A stretch of 64,000 nt of DNA, taken from positions 692,790 to 756,789 of the forward strand of contig OY970314.1 of NCBI GenBank assembly GCA_963716475.1. The letters are read 5' to 3'. The DNA comes from Candidatus Woesebacteria bacterium (GTDB lineage Bacteria > Patescibacteriota > Microgenomatia > UBA8517). Below, in pieces: positions 60,401 to 64,000 of the stretch (the first letter of the stretch is position 1; each line of letters starts with the position of its first letter). Below the pieces are notes generated by a model, which was not told the DNA's origin, made no database searches, and worked only from the letters and a program-made list of their open reading frames with translations. The position numbers and the translations under genes are program-made.

Positions 60401-60772
60401 TCCGTTAATAATAAACGTTCCCGAGCTTGTCATCTGGGGAACGTCTCCCAGGAAAACATCTTGTGTAACTTCCTTTCCTGTTCTTTTATTTACAAGTGTG
60501 GCACGGATTTTCACCGGAGACGCATAAGTAATTCCTTTTTTCTGAGCCGTTTTTGGAGAAATTGTCGGTTCACCCAAGGAGTGATCACCTAAACTTAATT
60601 GCCAATTCTTGCCTGTGAAGTCTTCAATCGGAGAAATTGCAATTAATTCTTCTTTAATTCCTTCACCCAAGAACCACTGCCAGCTTTCTCTTTGAACCTG
60701 GCTGAGATTAATTTCGGGGAGATTCTTTTCCTCTTTACCGAAATTTCTGCGGGATGGTTTCTTAGATGTCAT
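57401..60772 (-). CDS. rpoB: RNA polymerase beta subunit
   Basis: FIING.ER, PEGPNIGL, GSNMQ.QA, GRHGNKG, GGQRLGEME. Confidence 0.99.
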   Translation of the reverse strand: MTSKKPSRRNFGKEEKNLPEINLSQVQRESWQWFLGEGIKEELIAISPIEDFTGKNWQLSLGDHSLGEPTISPKTAQKKGITYASPVKIRATLVNKRTGKEVTQDVFLGDVPQMTSSGTFIINGIERAVINQIVRSPGAYFSGELDPSSGRVLYKAEVRPLHGSWLEFETTRADIIYARIDRRRKVLATVFLRALGLASDQEIVNTFTEIDKNADHKYIAATLSKDTTKSQEEALIEIYRKMRPGEPAVLENAEALFASLFTDGRRYDLGRVGRFKINKRLGVSLPNEKNTWVLTRQDAVAAVSYLIGLQNGVGKLDDIDHLSNRRLRRVGELVAVNAFRVGLLRLERSVKEKMSLISPDDKPLPATLINARPLIASLNEFFRSNQLSTILDDTNPLSEVDNLRRISVLGTGGINRERASFSIRDVNASQYGRIDPVRSPEGPNIGLVTYLALYAKVDEFGFIEAPYKKVEKVGKKVKITDEVVYLTADDEEDHYITHSGINVDAEGFITDKRVPLRYRGKFIEGAANLVEYIDVTPREVVGASASLIPFLANDEGNRALMGSNMQCQAVPLVNPESPVVGTGMEGVISEGMQRVIRARHAGVVEYVDGEKVIVKLDKKADEGELKNVDVEITEGGKKEIYYLTKFKRTAHSTCYNQIARVTPGQKVAAGDLLVDGPASEDGELGLGRNLTIAYTSFGGYGFEDAILISERLVKEDLLTSIHIEEYEAEVVDTKLGPEEITNDIPNVSEAELANLAGDGIVMIGAEVGPNDILVGKIAPKGETELTSEERLLRAIFGEKAREVRDTSLRIPHGERGIVVDVQILDRDKGDELGPGVIMKVIVRVAQIRKITVGDKVAGRHGNKGVVSKILPVSDMPYMSDGTPVDILISPLSVISRMNLGQLMEAHLGWALKTKNEKGALPVFDKIGADIIAKELAEAGLPVTGKTRLFDGRTGEAFKEDTVVGISYIMKLIHMVEDKTHARSTGPYSLVTQQPLGGKAQMGGQRLGEMEVWALESHRAAHTLQEMLTIKSDDVLGRAKAFEAIVKGVEIPEATIPESFKVLVRELNSLGLAVEPKGAVVAKVDEDVVAEGTELAKAAGAEIVATEELTADKGPMEIEEAVTQ

Positions 60773-60883
60773 TCGTTATTAGTGGCCTTGAAACACTAAA
60801 GGCCCGCCGTGATGGAAGCGGGACGAACGTACCATTAATGTACGCCTAAGAGTGGATTATATTATCTATTAAAAAGATGTCAA
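60773..60883 (-). promoter_or_regulatory. rpoB promoter and structured leader
   Basis: TTGACA-N16-TATAAT (60883-60856); leader with three short hairpins. Confidence 0.6.
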
Positions 60884-60897
60884 CACCCACTTCTGGA

Positions 60898-61851
60898 TTA
60901 CCTACTGAGATACTTGGCAATATTGGCATTGTGTTCCGCCAGAGTCTTTGCATAATGAATTTGCCCGGTTGGATCGTGAATATAATACAAATAATCTGTC
61001 ACCGCCGGATTAAATGCTGCCTTAAGCGAGGAGAGTCCGGGGTTTGCAATTGGATTAGGAGGAAGTCCTGTAAATTTATAGGTATTATAGGGAGAATTTA
61101 TTTTCAGATCAGTTAGGCCCAAAATGGGCCACCAGTCTTTGGAAGTCCCTACCGCATACTGGACTGAAGCATCAACCTGTAGCGCCATCCCTATTTTAAT
61201 TCTATTTAGAATAATCCCGGCGACAATCGGGCGTTCGGCATCACTTTTAGTTTCCCTTTCAATAAGTGATGCCAAAGTGACCGTTTCGGCAAAAGTCAGA
61301 TTGGTACCCTGGGGTGCTAGGCCTAAAGTTCTGGCTGTAAATGTATCTGCCATTTTCGTCACAACCGCCGAGGCCGATATATCTAACGGAAACAGATAGG
61401 TATCAGGGAAAAGGTAACCCTCTTGGCCTTTTGAGGCAAGCAAGAAATCATTAACGAAAGTACTGTCTCTACCCAAAGTGGTAGCGAATTTTGCCGCAAC
61501 CTCTTCACGCCTTAAGCCTTCCGGAATTGTCACCCAAATTTCGGCAGGACCGTTAAAAAGAGCGTTAATATTTTGAAAAAGTGTGAAGGAAGGGGAAAGT
61601 TTAAACTGGCCCGATTGGAGTTTCCCTGATTGTCCCGTAAATTGAATGTAAATTTTAAAAGCCAGTGCGCTTTTAATAAGTCCCGCAGATTCAAGTTTTG
61701 TTCCGACTTGTGAGGCAGACAGCCCCTTGGCAATAACAAAATTGCTAAAAACTTTGTTATCCGACACGGGCTGAACATTAATATAAAACCAAACGGCACC
61801 GGCTGCCAACAATAATGCTACCAGTAGAGGTAAAAATAAAAGCTTTTTCAT
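60898..61851 (-). CDS. mltG: endolytic transglycosylase MltG
   Basis: VTIPEG, EGYLFPDTY, LASLIERE, SPYNTY..GLPP.PI.NPG; start reassigned to ATG 61851. Confidence 0.95.
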   Translation of the reverse strand: MKKLLFLPLLVALLLAAGAVWFYINVQPVSDNKVFSNFVIAKGLSASQVGTKLESAGLIKSALAFKIYIQFTGQSGKLQSGQFKLSPSFTLFQNINALFNGPAEIWVTIPEGLRREEVAAKFATTLGRDSTFVNDFLLASKGQEGYLFPDTYLFPLDISASAVVTKMADTFTARTLGLAPQGTNLTFAETVTLASLIERETKSDAERPIVAGIILNRIKIGMALQVDASVQYAVGTSKDWWPILGLTDLKINSPYNTYKFTGLPPNPIANPGLSSLKAAFNPAVTDYLYYIHDPTGQIHYAKTLAEHNANIAKYLSR

Positions 61852-61852
61852 C

Positions 61853-62053
61853 TCACACTTCTTCGAGAAGCGCTCTCCTATACTTACTACTTTTGGAGTC
61901 GTGAATAAAAATCCTCCCACATTTTACACAGGTAACCTGTTCTCCGTATTTCGTTTCTTTTTTCTTCCCTTCGGAAAGCTCAGTTCCGCAACCGACACAG
62001 CGTCCCTGAGAAAGGAGCCAAGCCTGAATCGGGGCAATTACGTTCTTAAACAT
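61853..62053 (-). CDS. small zinc-ribbon protein
   Basis: CVGC..CVKC; TGcTATACT upstream; ends 1 nt before the mltG start. Confidence 0.7.
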   Translation of the reverse strand: MFKNVIAPIQAWLLSQGRCVGCGTELSEGKKKETKYGEQVTCVKCGRIFIHDSKSSKYRRALLEEV

Positions 62054-62086
62054 AGATACTTAGAGTATAGCATGGAATATCCTGGG

Positions 62087-62476
62087 TCAAGCGTTAACAA
62101 AGTCCAGGAAGTTCTGAAGTATAACGGTGGCAGCATAGGCGTCTTCCATTTCGTGGCGTTTCTTTCGGCCAATGCCGGCTTCCCGACTCCGTATTTGGGC
62201 ATCCTGCGTAGAAAGAGTTTCATCAAAAGTTTCAACCGGAATAACCAAAATCTTTCCTAAACTTAGGCTAAATTTTATAGACTCTTTGCCCATTTCTCCC
62301 TCGGATATTCCTACAACTATTTTTTCGATATTATTATCATCTATAATTTTCATCAGCTTTTCCTCAAGCGTCTTTATGTCCTTATATCGAATCACGCTCA
62401 TGGGATCTGCTAACGGCCCATCAGCAATAGCAAGGCCAATTTTGCTTCTCCCGTAATCGACGCCCAATATTTTCAT
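62087..62476 (-). CDS. ruvX: RuvX/YqgF family nuclease
   Basis: ILGVDYG..IGLA, DETLST, D..AA..ILQ. Confidence 0.93.
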   Translation of the reverse strand: MKILGVDYGRSKIGLAIADGPLADPMSVIRYKDIKTLEEKLMKIIDDNNIEKIVVGISEGEMGKESIKFSLSLGKILVIPVETFDETLSTQDAQIRSREAGIGRKKRHEMEDAYAATVILQNFLDFVNA

Positions 62477-62477
62477 A

Positions 62478-63176
62478 TTAATTTGAGTCCGGAGGCACTA
62501 CCCTGGCCCTAACGATTAGTCTCTTTGGATTACCCGGGTCACCCGGTGGAACACAGGTTACCAAAGTCAAAAATGAATCCGAGGAATCCTGATCAAGTAC
62601 TTGAATATCGGTTGGGAGTACCTCAAACATCGTTTCGACTTGATAAGTATATGAAACCCCGTCGTAATTAATATCTATCAAATCTCCCTTTTTTAGTGTC
62701 GGTAAGAGCGAAAAAATAGAAATATAATTTTTCGGGTCGTAAAAAATAGGTAAAATTGAGTGCCCGAAGATAACCGAATTCCCGCGTTTTCCGGGAAGGG
62801 CTGTTCCGGGGTATTGAATAAGACTCTTACTTAAATCCTCTCCGCCTATAGCAACGCTCGCTGAATTGATCTTAAGTTTTGGAATGGTAATGGTGTAGAA
62901 GTCAACTTTTGAAGTGCTGAAATCTTCCTTCTTTGCTCCCCCGAGGAACCAGTTGCTCGCCTGAGTGTAATCCACGTTGCTGCCTGTAGTCGTACCAGTG
63001 GTTACAGCTCCCTGGACTTTTGCCGTAGTACTGTCTATCGGAGAAATAAGTTTTGTGTAGTTTTGCGAATAAGTCGAGTTATAAGAAACAATCGGATAAA
63101 TTACACCCGTAAGAATAACTATTCCGGAAATCCCGGAAATTACCGCCGCAATCCGTAAAATTGTCTTCTGAGTCAT
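62478..63176 (-). CDS. sortase
   Basis: N-terminal TM; GN.VIFGHS, catalytic TLVTC.PPG and RLIV.A. Confidence 0.92.
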   Translation of the reverse strand: MTQKTILRIAAVISGISGIVILTGVIYPIVSYNSTYSQNYTKLISPIDSTTAKVQGAVTTGTTTGSNVDYTQASNWFLGGAKKEDFSTSKVDFYTITIPKLKINSASVAIGGEDLSKSLIQYPGTALPGKRGNSVIFGHSILPIFYDPKNYISIFSLLPTLKKGDLIDINYDGVSYTYQVETMFEVLPTDIQVLDQDSSDSFLTLVTCVPPGDPGNPKRLIVRARVVPPDSN

Positions 63177-63197
63177 GGAGATAATTGTACTATATTA

Positions 63198-64000
63198 TTA
63201 CTGCTCAGCGCTTACAGTAAGAGTAATATTTTTAGGAATTCTGGGAAGAGTACCCAAAAATCCCGGCAAGTTTGGTTTTAAAGTTATCTCCGCATGTCCG
63301 AATCCCGGAATAGAATTCAGGTAACTCTGGGTAATTGTCGGAGTCCTGCCGGCAATTTGCCCTATAATTTTCGTTTTGTCTATCTCGGGAAGAAAATTCG
63401 CTCCGATTGTCACGTTATACAGGTAGTTGCCGTTTTGCTGAGCCGAAAACTTAAACTTAAAATCTATTTGATCGCTTTTAAGTACAAACCCCACGGGAAT
63501 TTTGTCTTTTAAAACACCTGTGGCATATTCAATTAATTTTGCCTTATCGGCGGCAATTCCCGTCGCATTTAAGCTCAGGGACAGTTTAATACTATCCGCC
63601 TGGTCTCCGATTTTATGATCAAAATTTTCACTTGCCGTATCAAGCCCCGCTAAGTCATTTACAAAAACTTGATCACTGGCAACTTTAGCCGAAATATCAT
63701 TGATTGCGTTCTGGGTAAGCTCGCCTATAAGCTCCGTTTCCAAATTTGCCTGATCGTCTTTACTGACGGCCGAGATTTCCTGGCTGCTTCCTCCTGAAAA
63801 GTCAGAAAGCGAAGTTCCGGCAACCATTGCTTTTGAATAATTTCCTATACTGAAAACTTCTCCTTTGGCCAAATTATACTGGGCCCCAATATCAAAAGCT
63901 GTAATGTTCACATTTGCCGTTCCCGGTGAACCCGGAAGAATTTGCCCCGAAACCGAAGCCTGTGTATTTGTAACAAATTTAAGTCCCGCAGAGGAAGTGA
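63198..64000 (-). CDS. C-terminal part of a large extracellular or baseplate-J-like protein (5' end outside window)
   Basis: open frame runs to the window edge; G..YNL, FSGGSS, VS..D and P.LP..LP..NI pattern. Confidence 0.55.
   Translation of the reverse strand, partial: TSSAGLKFVTNTQASVSGQILPGSPGTANVNITAFDIGAQYNLAKGEVFSIGNYSKAMVAGTSLSDFSGGSSQEISAVSKDDQANLETELIGELTQNAINDISAKVASDQVFVNDLAGLDTASENFDHKIGDQADSIKLSLSLNATGIAADKAKLIEYATGVLKDKIPVGFVLKSDQIDFKFKFSAQQNGNYLYNVTIGANFLPEIDKTKIIGQIAGRTPTITQSYLNSIPGFGHAEITLKPNLPGFLGTLPRIPKNITLTVSAEQ

Noticed and set aside
54296-60592. Plus-strand ORFs inside rpoC and rpoB
   Set aside because: Antisense shadows with no independent support.
1-64000. Genome-wide stop-codon reassignment (code 25 or UAA recoding)
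   Set aside because: Conserved genes end at expected lengths with TAA, TAG and TGA, and show no in-frame stops.
63198-64000. Prophage suggested by a baseplate-J-like ORF
   Set aside because: No other phage genes nearby; the neighbours are sortase, ruvX and mltG.
1-64000. CRISPR arrays, transposases, integrases, rRNA genes, inteins in recA or rpoBC
   Set aside because: No repeat-spacer arrays or such ORFs were seen, and the protein lengths leave no room for inteins.

Overview
Core-genome window from a Candidate Phyla Radiation (Patescibacteria) bacterium, most consistent with Microgenomates. The assignment is inferred from the missing uL30 between rpsE and rplO, the gene order, a sortase and the scarcity of Shine-Dalgarno sites. 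The code is standard 11: TAA, TAG and TGA all end conserved genes. About half the window is the rpoBC-str-S10-spc-alpha-L13/S9 superoperon on the minus strand, broken by three accessory insertions. The rest holds recJ, a CCA-adding enzyme, secDF, a frameshifted nth, dtd, mgtA, comM/yifB, RNase P RNA, miaA, an ABC-2 exporter, HU, RNase Y, recX/recA, tRNA-Pro(GGG), mltG, ruvX and a sortase. The strongest observation lies in the insertion between rpsJ and rplC. A DUF5343-like gene is followed 2 nt later by an intact Ser-type tRNA with anticodon UUA, a predicted ochre suppressor. Facing it is a ~58-nt RNA with a near-consensus sigma70 promoter, whose first 23 nt are complementary to that tRNA's variable arm and 3' anticodon stem. 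This is a candidate suppressor-tRNA toxin / antisense-RNA antitoxin module. Other candidates are a miniaturised 6S-like RNA upstream of rny, a multi-hairpin leader before an unannotated 48-aa ORF, partial copies next to all three stable-RNA genes, and widespread leaderless promoters. All calls were made by eye; no database search was run.
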